Shown in pieces: positions 1-12,160 of a DNA stretch of 64,000 nucleotides. Both the position numbers and the translations under genes were made by a program. Position 1 is the stretch's first letter. Every line of letters begins with the position of its first letter. Below the pieces are notes generated by a model. That model saw only the letters and a program-made list of their open reading frames with translations. It ran no database searches and was not told the DNA's origin. This DNA is from Mustelus asterias. Lineage: Eukaryota. The stretch is from assembly GCF_964213995.1 (NCBI RefSeq), contig NW_027590197.1, positions 620,001-684,000 of the forward strand, given 5' to 3'.

Positions 1-790
1 TTGTGAGACATGATTTTCCACTCAAAGCTATGCGGAACTGTCCCTAATCAGTCCTTGCGTCTCTAAATGCCTGTGGATCAAAATACCTTCCAACAATTTA
101 CCCACCACAGATGTGAGGCTCACTGGCCTGTAGTTCCCAGGCTTTTCCCTGCAGCCCTTTTTAAACAAAGGCACAACATTTGCCACACTCCAATCTTCAG
201 GCACCTCACCCGTGACTATCGATGATTCAAATATCTCAGCAAGGGGAACTGCAATTTCCTCCCTAGCCTTGCACAATGTTCTGGGATACTCTTCTTCAGG
301 TCCTGGGGATTTATCTACCTTGATGCACTTTAAGACTTCGAACACCTCCTTCTCTGTAATATGTACACTCCTCAAGACATCACTATTTCCCCAAGTTCCA
401 TGCTTTTCTCAACAGTAAATACTGATGAGAAATATTCATATAGGATCTCACCCATCTCTTGTGGATCCTCACATAGGTGACCTTGTTGATCCTGAAGAGG
501 CCCTACTCTCTCCCTTGTTACTCTTTTGCCCTTTATGTATTTGTAGAAGCTCTTTGGATTCTCCTTTGCCTTATCTGCCAAAACAATCTTGTGTCCCCTT
601 TTTGCCCTCCTGATTTATCGCTTAACTCTACTCCTACATCCCCTATACGCCAAGGGATTCACTTGATCCCAGCTCCCTATGCATGTCATGTGCCTCTTTC
701 TTCTTCTTGACCAGGGCCTCAATAACCCGAGTCATCCAGGGTTCCTGACTTCTGCCAGCCTTGCCCTTCACTCTAAGAGGAATGTGTTTA
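1..790 (-). mobile_element. CR1-clade LINE ORF2 fragment (endonuclease-RT linker, frameshifted), runs off window start
   Basis: ORFs 28..375, 372..581, 643..876 give CR1 motifs KENPKSFYKY, KSPGP, PEDW..ANVVPLFKKG..PGNYRPVSLTS. Confidence 0.9.
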
Positions 791-939
791 CAAAGACTGA
801 GTGCGGATGCAGAGCCCGAAATAAAACTGGAAACATAAATGGAGTTGGTGGGTGGGTGGTGAGGCTTTATAAACACCCGGTGTTGGCCTCAATTAGCAAA
901 GCAAATTCATTGGGCCTTCCGAAGGCTTCAGGACCTTGT

Positions 940-1035
940 TAATATCCGCCATCTTTATAGGAATCCACATACTGCAAAGCGCATGCGCATCCGCCATCTT
1001 TATTGAGGGTAATTTGGAACAACGCATGCACAGCC
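940..1035. promoter_or_regulatory. YY1/NRF1-like motif cluster upstream of first ZNF pseudogene
   Basis: CCGCCATCTT (YY1 consensus) at 946-955 and 991-1000 flanking GCGCATGCGCA (NRF1 consensus) at 979-989. Confidence 0.5.
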
Positions 1036-1180
1036 ACTGTATTTCTTGGGGGTGAAACCAAATGAATAACCCACAGGGGACAAAAAAAATCAGATTGATT
1101 TAATAACAAACTGTGTGTAAAACTGGAATTTAGGGTTACAGCCAACAACAACTTCTATTGATAAAACACCATTAATATCA

Positions 1181-1500
1181 GGGTGGTTAACACTGCTGCC
1201 TCACAGCTCCAGGGTCCCAGGTTCGATTCCAGCCCTGGGTCACTGTCTGTGTGGAGTTTGCACGTTATCCCTGTGACTGTGGGTTTCCTCTGGATGCTCC
1301 AGTTGCCTCCCACTGTCCAAAGATGTGATGCTTGGGGGGATTGGCCATGCTATTTTGCCCCTTCGTGTACAAAGATGTACAGGTAAGGTGGATTAGTGGG
1401 GTTAAAAATGTGGGTTACAAGTGTAGATCAGGGGTAAAATATTCAGAGTTGGTGCAGACTTGATGGGCCAAATGCTTTCCTTCTGCACTGTAGGAATTCT
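1181..1500 (+). mobile_element. HE1-type tRNA/V-SINE with CR1-like tail
   Basis: tRNA-like head (GTGGTTAACAC...GGTTCGATTCC), V-domain TGTGTGGAGTTTGCAC..., tail GGCCAAATG..CTTCTGCACTGTAGGAATTCT; many copies in window. Confidence 0.85.
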
Positions 1501-1689
1501 TTGAGAAGTCATCCCTGTGCACTGAAGGTCTAGTCACTAATGGTGGAGTGATTAAAATAGGGAATGTGCAGGAAGCCAGAATTGGAGCAATGCTAGAGGC
1601 GATTCCAGAGATGGGGAAGAACAGGCCTTGGAGTGATTTGGAAAAATTAGTAGTTGGGATGCATGAAAAATATGCAACATTTCATTTAG

Positions 1690-2005
1690 ATCTCATAGAA
1701 TCTGACAGTGCAGAAGGGGGCCATTCAGCCCATCGAGTCTGCACTGACCACAATCCCGTCCACGCCCTATCCCCATTACCCCATGCATTTACCCTAGCTA
1801 GTCCCCCTGACACCAAGGGTAATTTAGCATAGCCAATCCACCTAACCTGCACCTGTTTGGACAGTGGGAGGAAACCAGAGCACTTGGAGAAAACCCATGC
1901 AGACACGGGGAGACTGTGCAAACAGACAGTGACCCAAGCTGGGAATCAAACTTGGGTCTGTGGTGCTGTGAGGCAGCAGTGCTAACCACTGCCACCGTGC
2001 TGCCC
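1690..2005 (-). mobile_element. HE1-type SINE
   Basis: Reverse complement of the SINE at 1181-1500, ending GCTAACCACTGCCACCGTGCTGCCC. Confidence 0.85.
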
Positions 2006-2151
2006 TCAACTCGGAGGAGGGAGAGTGAGTGGGACATAGATTTACTGTTTTGGGCAACAGGAACAGAAAAGTTGTTCCTTTTTGAAATTAGACTTGTCTG
2101 ATCAGAATTTCAATCCTGGACTGACAGTAGTTTTGTAAACTCCTTTTGCAG

Positions 2152-2958
<807 letters not shown>

Positions 2959-3620
2959 GTGCAGGGAGTGGATTCTGCTGTAGCTGCTGCTGTTAATCAC
3001 ATCCAGGAGTGAGCCACATTCATTCTGACATCTGAGGTTTGTTTCTGCTGATGTTAACAACCCCTGTAACTGGGCTGGAGTTTAATATTCTGGATCTAGA
3101 GCTGATTGTGTTTTCAGGGTTGCCATTTCCCTTTAAGAACTGCTGTCTGTGATCATTCCCCATCAGTCAGGAACTCACATCACAGCTTCTTCACAGTGCA
3201 GAAAGAAAATTCACCAGTTCCCTCATTTGCATCAAGCAGGTCAAAGATCCCTGAGATCTTAATGACTGCCCCCAATAAAGATGGTGATGTGTGGATGGGC
3301 GATCACCATCTTTGTAAGGGGCAAATTGTCAGTGAATGGGAGGAGCTTGTTCCCCATTGTTCAGAATGAAGACAACTTGTCCATCAAACTGCATCAACTC
3401 TGAGTCCCAATGTCTGATTGAGGCAGTGCGTTGCCACAGAAGGTTAGAACTAAAGAAAAAATCGAAGATGTATTTGAGGTACTAAATTAGTATTTTGCAT
3501 CTGTGTTCACTGTGTGGAAGGACAATGTAGGTACAGAAAGCAGGGACGGGTGTGTGATATAATTGAACAAATTGTCATTGGTGGTGTGGTAAATAGCGAG
3601 GAGGACAACCTTGGATTATA

Positions 3621-3820
3621 TAGAACATAGTACAGTACAGGCCCTTCGGCCCTCGATGTTGTGCTGAGCTTTGTCCAAAACCAAAATCAAGCTATCTCAC
3701 TCTGTCATCCTGGTGTGCTCCATGAGCCTATCCAATAACCGCTTGAAAGTTCCTAAAGTGTCCGACTCCACTAGCACAGCAGGTAGTCCATTCCACACCC
3801 CAACCACTCTCCTGAGTAAA
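3621..3820 (-). mobile_element. CR1 3' end fragment
   Basis: TAGAACATAG tail, GGCCCTTCGGCC hairpin and TTCCACACCCCAACCACTCT typical of the CR1 3' ends in this window. Confidence 0.7.
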
Positions 3821-4229
3821 GAATCAAACACCCTCCCCCCCCCCCCCCCCCCCCCACCACCCCGTTACCCAGACCGATCGTCCTCCTCCTCCACCCCCCC
3901 CCCCCCAACCAGAGAATGATCTGACCCTCCTCTCCCCCGCCCCCCCCCCCCCCCCCCACACCACTGATCTGAGTCAGAGAGCCGTTGGAAACACTGAACG
4001 CACTCTTCAGAAGCTGGAGCCCCGATTCAGACTTTTATTGAGCAGGTCCATTACGGCGCGGTTCCGGATTGGCAAACGCGGTGGTAAAGGGGGAAATGCT
4101 GAAAGTTGGGCGGGCAGTTCATTAATTCAATTTAAATCGCCATTGCACCTGTTTTGGGAGCAAAGCGGATCACCGCCATTCCCGGGTTTCAGTAAAGTGG
4201 CAATCTGCAAGGACGCAGGTGTAGATCGC

Positions 4230-4745
4230 ACCCGAGGGACAGGGCACTGAGGAGGGACAGGGCACTGAGGAAGGCCGGTGCCCCAGTCAGGAGGAAGGAG
4301 GGGGGAGGGGGGGTGGGTGTCGGTGTTGGGGGCAGCAGCAGTGGGTGGGGGGACTTTACTCTTCCAACTCTCTTGGGCGCAAACTAAGTCCAGGGTGTCT
4401 TCACCCCCTCCCCACCCACCCACTGCAGATGGAAAACAGTCTAAATTTTCTCCCCCCCGCAAACCTCCCTTTCAGGCACCGACCTTCTGATGAGGGCATC
4501 AGCCCCACTCAGTCCCCTGATGTTGATATGAGGAGGCTGTGCAGTCTTCCCTCCCGTCGGTGGAAAAAAGTAAAGAAAGAAAGTGTCTCCGTGTCCTCTT
4601 TCCCCCTCTCCCTCCAGGGAGAGAGCACCCTCCAGCAGACGGCAGGCAGGCGATAGCTCACCTTCCTCCCCCTTCCTCCCTCCTTCTTGCAGGAAGCCAA
4701 CAAATCGGCAGAAACGATAGAAAACGGGCGTCTCCAGCAAGCAAG
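4230..4745 (-). mobile_element. Tx1-clade LINE 5'UTR fragment
   Basis: Colinear with 16020-16260 and 17080-17175 (GGCCGGTGCCCCAGTCAGGAGG, CCACTGCAGATGGAAAA, GCTCACCT, CGGGCGTCTCC), which lie upstream of the Tx1 ORF1. Confidence 0.75.
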
Positions 4746-4775
4746 CTCTAAAGTGTGTTACTCACAGATGTTGGC

Positions 4776-5591
4776 CTCTTTTTAGGTCAAACCAAATAAA
4801 CAAACTCGGGTTAAATCAGGACAAAGTAAAAGGGGCAGCTCCCCAGAAGGAGGGGGAACAGCCCGAACAGAAATCAAAATACAAAGGAAACTTAAACATC
4901 AAATTAAAATGTGATTATTAGGGTCAATAACGCACCCCAACCCCTGCGGTGCCCAACGGGCGCGGAAGGTGTCAACCTCGCCCGTGGACACCGCATGCTC
5001 CCTCTCCAGGGACACCTGGCCGCGAACGTAGCCGCGGTAGAGGGGAAGACAGTCAGGATGGACGGCCCCCTCGATCGCCCGCTGCCTGGACCGGTAAATG
5101 GCGCGTTTCGCCAGGCCCAGGAGCAGGTTCACGAGGAGGTCGCCTACCCGACCCTCCCCTCCCCGCACCAGGTGTCTGTAGATCAGGAGCATGGGACTGA
5201 AGTGCAAACAGAACATCAATAAAAGGTTCTTCAGGAAAACATAAAGGGAGTGCAGCCGAAGACACACAACATAGACATGGTCCACGGAGTCCACAAGGCC
5301 ACAGAAAGGGCAGTCTTCGGAGCCCGTGAACCAGTGAATCCTACGGTTGTGCGGAACTGCTGCATGCATCACCCTCCACCCCAGGTCCCCGACGTAATTG
5401 GGGGAGATCCCTCCGTAGAGGGACCTCCAGCGGGGACCTCCGCCACCTGGCGGCAACAAGGCTGGCCAACGCTCGGGCGGGATCCCACCGCACGCCTGCG
5501 CCGCCTCGAGTTTGCGTGCAGTTTCGGGGCCGAGCACGACCGTCCTAAGGTCTGGGACGGCTTTGGCCGTGTGCCGGATGGCCAGCCCCGC
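4776..5591 (-). mobile_element. Tx1-clade LINE 3' end (ORF2 C-terminal zinc-binding domain and 3'UTR)
   Basis: ORF 4899..5762 has WRSLY..GDLGWRVMH..CPFCG..DSVDHVYVVC (zf-RVT type CCHC) and LLLGLAKRAIY; stop at 4899; 3'UTR stem-loop ~4820-4865. Confidence 0.85.
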
Positions 5592-5641
5592 GGAAAAGCA
5601 CAGACACACACACAACCGAATGAGTTTTCCAGTGAACAGCC

Positions 5642-5805
5642 AGGTTAGACTCACCGGTCGGTAATTAGCTGGGCTATCCCTATTCCCCTTGAAAATAGGA
5701 ACCACATCTGCAATCCTCCGGCACCTCTCCCGGCACCTCTCCCGTCTCCATCGACGACGCAAAGATCATCGCCAGAGGCTCTGCAATCTCTTCCCTCGTC
5801 TCCCA
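5642..5805 (-). mobile_element. CR1 ORF2 fragment, downstream continuation of the copy at 12161-14339
   Basis: Reads WETREEIAEPLAMIF..NYRPVSLT, resuming where KSPGPDGMYPRLL stops at ~12165. Confidence 0.8.
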
Positions 5806-8800
5806 CAGAACAAAGAACAATACAGCACAAGAACAGGCCCTTCGGCCCCCCAAGCCCGTGCCGCTCCCTGGTCCAAACTAGACCATTCTTTTGTATCCCT
5901 CCATTCCCACTCCGTTCATGTGGCTATCTAGATAAGTCTTAAACGTTACCAGTGTGTCTGCCTCCACCACCTTGCCTAGCAGTGCATTCCAGGCCCCCAC
6001 CACCCTCTGTAAAATATGTCCTTCTGATATCTGTGTTAAACCGCCCCCCCCCTTACCTTGAACCTATGACCCCTCGTGAACGTCACCACCGACCTGGGGA
6101 AAAGCTTCCCAGCGTTTACCCTATCTATGCCTTTTCATAATGTTATACACCTCTATTAAGTCTCCCCTCATCCTCCATCTTTCCAGGGAGAACAACCCCA
6201 GTTTACCCAATCTCTCCTCATAACTAAGCCCCTCCATACCAAGCAACATCCTGGTAAACCTCCTCTGTACTCTCTCCAAAGCCTCCATGTCCTTCTGGTA
6301 GTGTGGCGACCAGAACTGGACACATTATTCAAAATGCAGCCGAACCAACGTTCTATACATCTGCAACATCAGACCCCAACTTGCCATATGCCTTCTTCAC
6401 CACCTTCTCCACCAGTGACGTCACCTTCAAGGATCTGTGGACTTGCACACCCAGGTCCCTCTGCATATCTACACCCTTTATGGTTCTGCCATTTATCGTA
6501 TAGCTCCTCCTTACATTATTTCTACCAAAATGCATCACTTCGCATTCATCAGGATTGAACTCCATCTGCCATTTCTTTGCCCAAATTTCCAGCCTATCTA
6601 TATCCTTCTGTAGCCTCTGACAATGCTCCTCACTATCTGCAAGTCCTGCCAATTTTGTGTCGTCCACAAACTTACTGATCACCCTAGTTACACCTTCTTC
6701 CAGATCGTTTATATAAATCACAAACAGCAGAGGTCCCAATACAGAGCCCTGCAGAACACCACTAGTCACAGGCCTCCAGCCGGAAAAAGACCCTTCCACT
6801 ACCACCCTCTGTCTTCTGTGACCAAGCCAGTTCTCCACCCATCCAACCACCTCCCCCTTTATCCCATGAGATCCAACCTTTTTCACCAACCTACCATGAG
6901 GGACTTTGTCAAATGCTTTACTAAAGTCCATATAGATGGCATCCACGGCCCTTCCCTCGTCAACCATTCTGGTCACTTCTTCAAAAAACTCCACCAGGTT
7001 AGTGAGGCATGACCTCCTTCTCTCAAAACCATGCTGACTATCGTTAATGAGTTTATTCCTTTCTAAATGCACATACATCCTATCTCTAAGAATCTTCTCC
7101 AACAACTTCCCCACCACGGACGTCAAGCTCACCGGCCTATAATTACCCGGGTTAACTAACGGGACCACATTAGCTATCCTCCAATCCTCTGGGACCTCGC
7201 CTGTGCCCAGTGACGAGACAAAGATTTGCGTCAGAGGCCCAGCAATTTCATCTCTCGTCTCCCTGAGCAGCCTTGGATAGATTCCATCAGGCCCTGGGGA
7301 TTTGTCAGTCTTTATATTCTCTAACAAACCTAACACTTCCTCCCTTGTAATGGAGATTTTCTCCAACGGTTCAACACTCCCCTCTGAGACACTCCCAGTC
7401 AACACATCCCCCTCCATTGTGAATACCGACGCAAAGTATTCATTTAGGATCTCCCCTACTTCTTTGGGCTCCAAGCATAATTCCCCACTTTTGTCCCTGA
7501 GGTCTGATTTTTTTTTTTCCCCTGACAACCCTTTTGTTCCTAACGTATGAATAAAATGCCTTTGGATTCTCCTTAATCCTGTCTGCCAAGGACATTTCGT
7601 GACCCCTTTTTGCTCTTCTAATTCCCCGTTTGAGTTCTTTCCTACTTTCTTTGTACTCCTCCAGAGCTCCCTCCGTTTTTAGCTGCCTGGACCTAACATG
7701 CGCCTCTTTTCTTTTTGACCAGTCCCTCAATTTCCCTGGTTATCCACAGTTCTCGAATCCTATCCTTTTTTACAGGCACATGCCTGTCCTGTGGCCCTAA
7801 CAACTGTTCCTTAAAAGACTTCCACATGCCAGATGTGGATTTATCCTCAAACAGCCTCTCCCAATCAACAGCTGCCAATTTCAGCATAATCCCACTAAAG
7901 TTAGCCTTCCCCCAATCCAACACCTTACCCTTGGGACACCACTCATCCTTTTCCATCACTATCCTAAAGCTAACAGAATTGTGGTCACTATTTGCCACAT
8001 GTTCCCCTACCAAAACTTTGAAGACCTGACCGGGCTCATTCCCCAGTACCAGGTCCAGTATAGCCCCCTCTCTAGTCGGGCTGTCTACATATTGTTCCAA
8101 CGAACCCTCCAGTACACATTTTACAAATTCCTCCCCATCCAGAGTACCTGCCCTCAGCGATTTCCAGTCTATACCAGGGAAATTGAAGTCTCCCACTACA
8201 ACAACCCTATTTTTCCTGCACCTATCCAGTATCTCCTGACATATCCATTCTTCCACTTCCCTTGGGCTGTTGGGGGGCCTGTAGTACACCCCCAACATAG
8301 TGACTGCGCCTTTCCTGTTTCTAAGCTCCACCCAGAGTGACTCGTTACACGACCCCTCTGAATTGTCCTCCCTCTGCACCGCTGTAATATGCTCTCCAAC
8401 TAATACTGCTACTCCCCACCTCTTTTGGCCCCTCCTCTGTCTCGCCTAAAACACTTGTACCCTGGAATATTCAGCTGCCAGTCCGGTCCCTCTTTCAACC
8501 AGTCTCTGTCACCGCAACCACATCCAAATTCCTCGTGCGCATTAAGGCCCCAAGTTCGTCTGTCTTACCTGCTACGCTCCTTGCATTGAAGTATAAGCAC
8601 TCCAGACCTCCAGGCCCAGTGAGGTCATCCTCCCCCAGAGTGCTCTTCTTCTTTGCCAGCCTTGTCCCAGCCCCAAGCTCGTCCCCAGCCTCCACACTTA
8701 TAGACCTAATAGTTTGATCCCCACCCCCCTGCCATACTAGTTTAAACCCCCCCGAACTGCACTAGCAAAGCTCCCAGCCAGGATATTTGTGCCCTTCCAA

Positions 8801-10130
8801 CTTAGTTGTGACCCCTCCCTCTTGTACAGGTGCCATCCTCTCCTGAAAACCTCCCATTGATCTATGAAAATGAAGCCCTCCCTCCTGGACCAGTCCTTTA
8901 GCCAGGCATTCATTTGTGCCAACTCCCTATTCTTAGCCTCACTGGCACGAGGCATTGGGAGCAGCCCAGAGATGGCCACCCTAGTGACCCTACTTTTTAA
9001 CCTATTTCCCAACTCCCTGAATTGCTCTCTTAGGATCCCCCTACTCTTCCTATCTACGTCATTTCCACCAATGTGTATAATGACATCCGTTTCATTATCT
9101 TCCCCTTTTAATATGCCTCCTATCCGCTTGGAGACATCCGTGACCCCAGCACCAGGTAGGCAGACTACCATCCTGGAGTCCTGTTCGCCCCCACAGAATC
9201 GCCTGTCTGTGCCTCTAACTGATGCATCCCCCACCACTATCGCTCTCCTAACCCCTCTCTTCCCTTTCCGGGCCACAGAGCCTGACTGTGTGCCAGTGAC
9301 CTGGTCACTGTGTCTTACCCCTGGAGAGGCACACTCCTCCACACTATCTAAAACAATATACCTGTTTTGGAGTGGGACAACCACAGGTGACCCCTCTTCT
9401 AACTGTTCACTCCCCTCCCCTCTCACACCTGTCACCAAGCCCTTCCTATTTTGAGAGACCACCACTGGAGTCCCCCTTGTACTTTACCCTTCTGCCCTTT
9501 ACTCCTCCTAACTGTGACCCACGTGTCTTCCTCCCGATGCCCCGGTGTAACTAGTTGCCTATAACTCCTGTCAATTTTTCTCCCATTTTCCCTGACTAGA
9601 CTAAGGTCAGCGATCTGCAGCTCCAGTTCCATGACACGGTCCCTCAAGAGCTGCAGTTCCACGCACCTGGCACATATGTGAACCTCTGGGAAGCTAGGTG
9701 TTTGCAGGAACTCCCACATCCCACATCGGAAGCACTGAACTGGCCGATCACTCATACCTGCCCTTATCCTTTATAGGGTTGGGTAAAAAAATAACTAGCC
9801 TTGCCTCGCCCTTTCAGCCTAAGCCCTGTGAGCCAAAGCCCTTATAGTGCACACTCTGCTACCCACTCACTCCACTGCCCGCTCCCGACGCTGCCCACTG
9901 TATAGTGCAGCCGGCTTTTTATGCTCCCTGCGAACCCCCCAGGTAACTGCCTTTTATACTAAGACTCAACCTCCCAGAATCCCCTTCAGCTGACCTCACT
10001 TCCTCAATTCAAAACCCTGAAAAAAGCCCGCGAAATATACTAGGAATACCCTTAAATGAATAATTAAATCACTTCTTTGCTTACTCTCAGCACTCCTGCT
10101 AAGACTCTCTCCCCCAGTCAAACAAAGAGG
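5806..10130 (-). mobile_element. Near full-length CR1 LINE (ORF1 zinc finger/leucine zipper + SGNH esterase; ORF2 APE endonuclease + RT), frameshifted
   Basis: 9432..9755 CxxC..CxxC plus heptad Leu; 8737..9465 IVVGDAS/HIGGND esterase; 7693..8379 YRPP/GDFN/LDL/SDHN endonuclease; 6353..7528 RT with QGSVLGP and FVDD; 3' tail AGAACAAAGAAC. Confidence 0.95.
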
Positions 10131-12160
10131 TCGATCCCCACCCCCCTGCCATATTGTTCCAAAGAACTCTCCTGTACGCATTTCACAAATTCCTCCCCAT
10201 TCAGAGGCCCTGCTCTCAGCGATTTCCAGTTTATACCAGGGAAATTGAAGTCACTACAACAACCCTATTTTTCCTGCACCTATCCAGTATCTCCTGACAT
10301 ATCCGAACTCCCACTTCCCTTGGGCTGTTGGGGGGCCTGTAGTATACTCCCAACATAGTGACTGCACCCTTCCTGTTTCTAAGCTCCACCCAGAGTGACT
10401 TGTTACACAACCCCTCTGAATTGTCCTCCCTCTGCACCGCTGTAATATGCTCTCCAACTAATACTGCTACTCCCCCACCTCTTTTGGCCCCTCCTCTGTC
10501 TCACCTAAAACACTTGTACCCCGGAATGTTCAGCTGCCAGTCCTGTCCCTCTTTCAACCAAGTCTCTGTCACCGCAACCACATCCAAATTCCTCGTGAGC
10601 ATTAAGGCCCTCAGTTCGTCTGTCTTACCTGCTACGCTCCTTGCATTGAAGTATAAGCACTCCAGACCTCCAGGCCCAGTGAGGTCATCCTCCCCCAGAG
10701 TGCACTTCTTCTTTGCCAGCCTTGTCCCAGCCCCAATCTCGTCCCCAGCCTCTACACTTGTAGATCTAATATTTTGATCCCCACCCCCCTGCCATACTAG
10801 TTTAAACCCCCCCGAACTGCACTAGCAAAACTCCCAGCCAGGATATTCGTGCCCTTCCAACTTAGTTGTGACCCGTCCTCCTTGTACAGGTGCCATCCTC
10901 TCCTGAAAACTTCCCATTGAACTAGGAAAATGAAGCCCTCCCTCCTGGACCAGTCCTTTAGCCAAGCATTCAATTGTACTAACTCCCTATTCTTAGCCTC
11001 ACTGGCATGAGGCATTGGGAGCAGCCCAGAGATGGCCACCCTGGAGGCCCTACTTTTTAGTCTATTTCCCAACTCCCTGAATTGCTCTCGTAGGATCCCC
11101 CTGCTCTTCCTATCTACGTCATTTGCACCAATGTGTACAATGACATCCGTTTCTTTATCTTCCGCTTTTTAAGATGCCTCCTATCCGCTTGGAGACATCC
11201 AGTACCCCAGCACCAGGTAGGCAGACTACCATCCTGGAGTCCCGTTTGCACCCACAGAATCGCCTGTCCGTGCCTCTAACCGACGCATCCCCCACCACTA
11301 TTTCTCTCCTAACCCCTCTCTTTCCTTTCTGGGCCACAGAGCCTGACTCTGCCAGTGACCTGGTCACTGTGGCTTACCCCTGGAGAGTCATCCTCCTCCA
11401 CACTATCCAAAACAATATGCTTGTTTTGGAGGGGGACAACCACGGGTGACCCCTCCACTAATTGCTCACTCCCCTCCCCTCTCACACCTGTCGCCGAGCC
11501 CTTCCTATTATGAGAGACAGCCACTGGAGTACTCTCTGGTACATTACCCTTCTGACCTTTACTCCTCCTAACTGTGACCCACATGTCTTCCTCCCGATGC
11601 CCCGGTGTAACTAGTTCCCTATAACTCGTGTCAATTATTCTCTCATTCTCCCTGACTAGACCAAGGTCAGCAATCTGCAGCTCCAGTTCCGTGACACGGT
11701 CCTTCAGGAGCTGCAGTTCCACGCACCTGGCACAAATGTGGTCCTCCGGGAGGCTAGGTGTTTCCAGGAACTCCCACATCCCACAGCGGAAGCACAGAAC
11801 TGGCCTATCATTCATAGTTACCCTTTTCCTGTATAGGTTTGGATAAAAATAACTTGCCCTGCCTCGCCCTTACCGCCTAAGCCCTCTGAGCCAAAGCCCT
11901 GACAGCTCCCACTCTGCTTCACTTGCTCCACTGCCCGCTCGTAAGTGCTGCCTGCCTTTTAAAGCCAGCAACAAACCTCCCCAGGCCTACTTCCGGTTTT
12001 GAAAAAAAAACCCTCCGATTTTACGCACAAAATTAACTGAAAAAAAAAATAAATCTCCACTAAAAAACACTCTCTCTTACCCTCAGCTCTCTCTGTGGAA
12101 CAGTGAGGCTGAAACCTCCAAGGCAATCCCTTTTTAAAGCCAGCAACAAACCTCCCCAGG
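10131..12160 (-). mobile_element. Second copy of the same CR1 family: 5'UTR, ORF1 and start of endonuclease, 3' part missing
   Basis: ORFs 11309..11815, 10797..11072, 10231..10437 closely match 9432..9755, 8737..9465, 7693..8379; ~31-nt direct repeat at 11957-11987 and 12132-12162 in the 5'UTR. Confidence 0.9.

Noticed and set aside
1181-1260. tRNA genes
   Set aside because: tRNA-like A/B boxes are SINE heads followed by V domain; no full cloverleaf seen.
3830-3960. Poly-C tracts (also poly-G at 33535-33560 and 49861-49876)
   Set aside because: Low-complexity runs, lengths unreliable, no function inferable.
4770-4795. U2 snRNA target (Keno-like) at the Tx1 3' junction
   Set aside because: Only loose resemblance to the U2 5' end; the flank matches ZNF exon 1 far better.
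4899-5762. 287-aa ORF as a single gene
   Set aside because: Accidental join of CR1, antisense ZNF scrap and Tx1 3' fragment.
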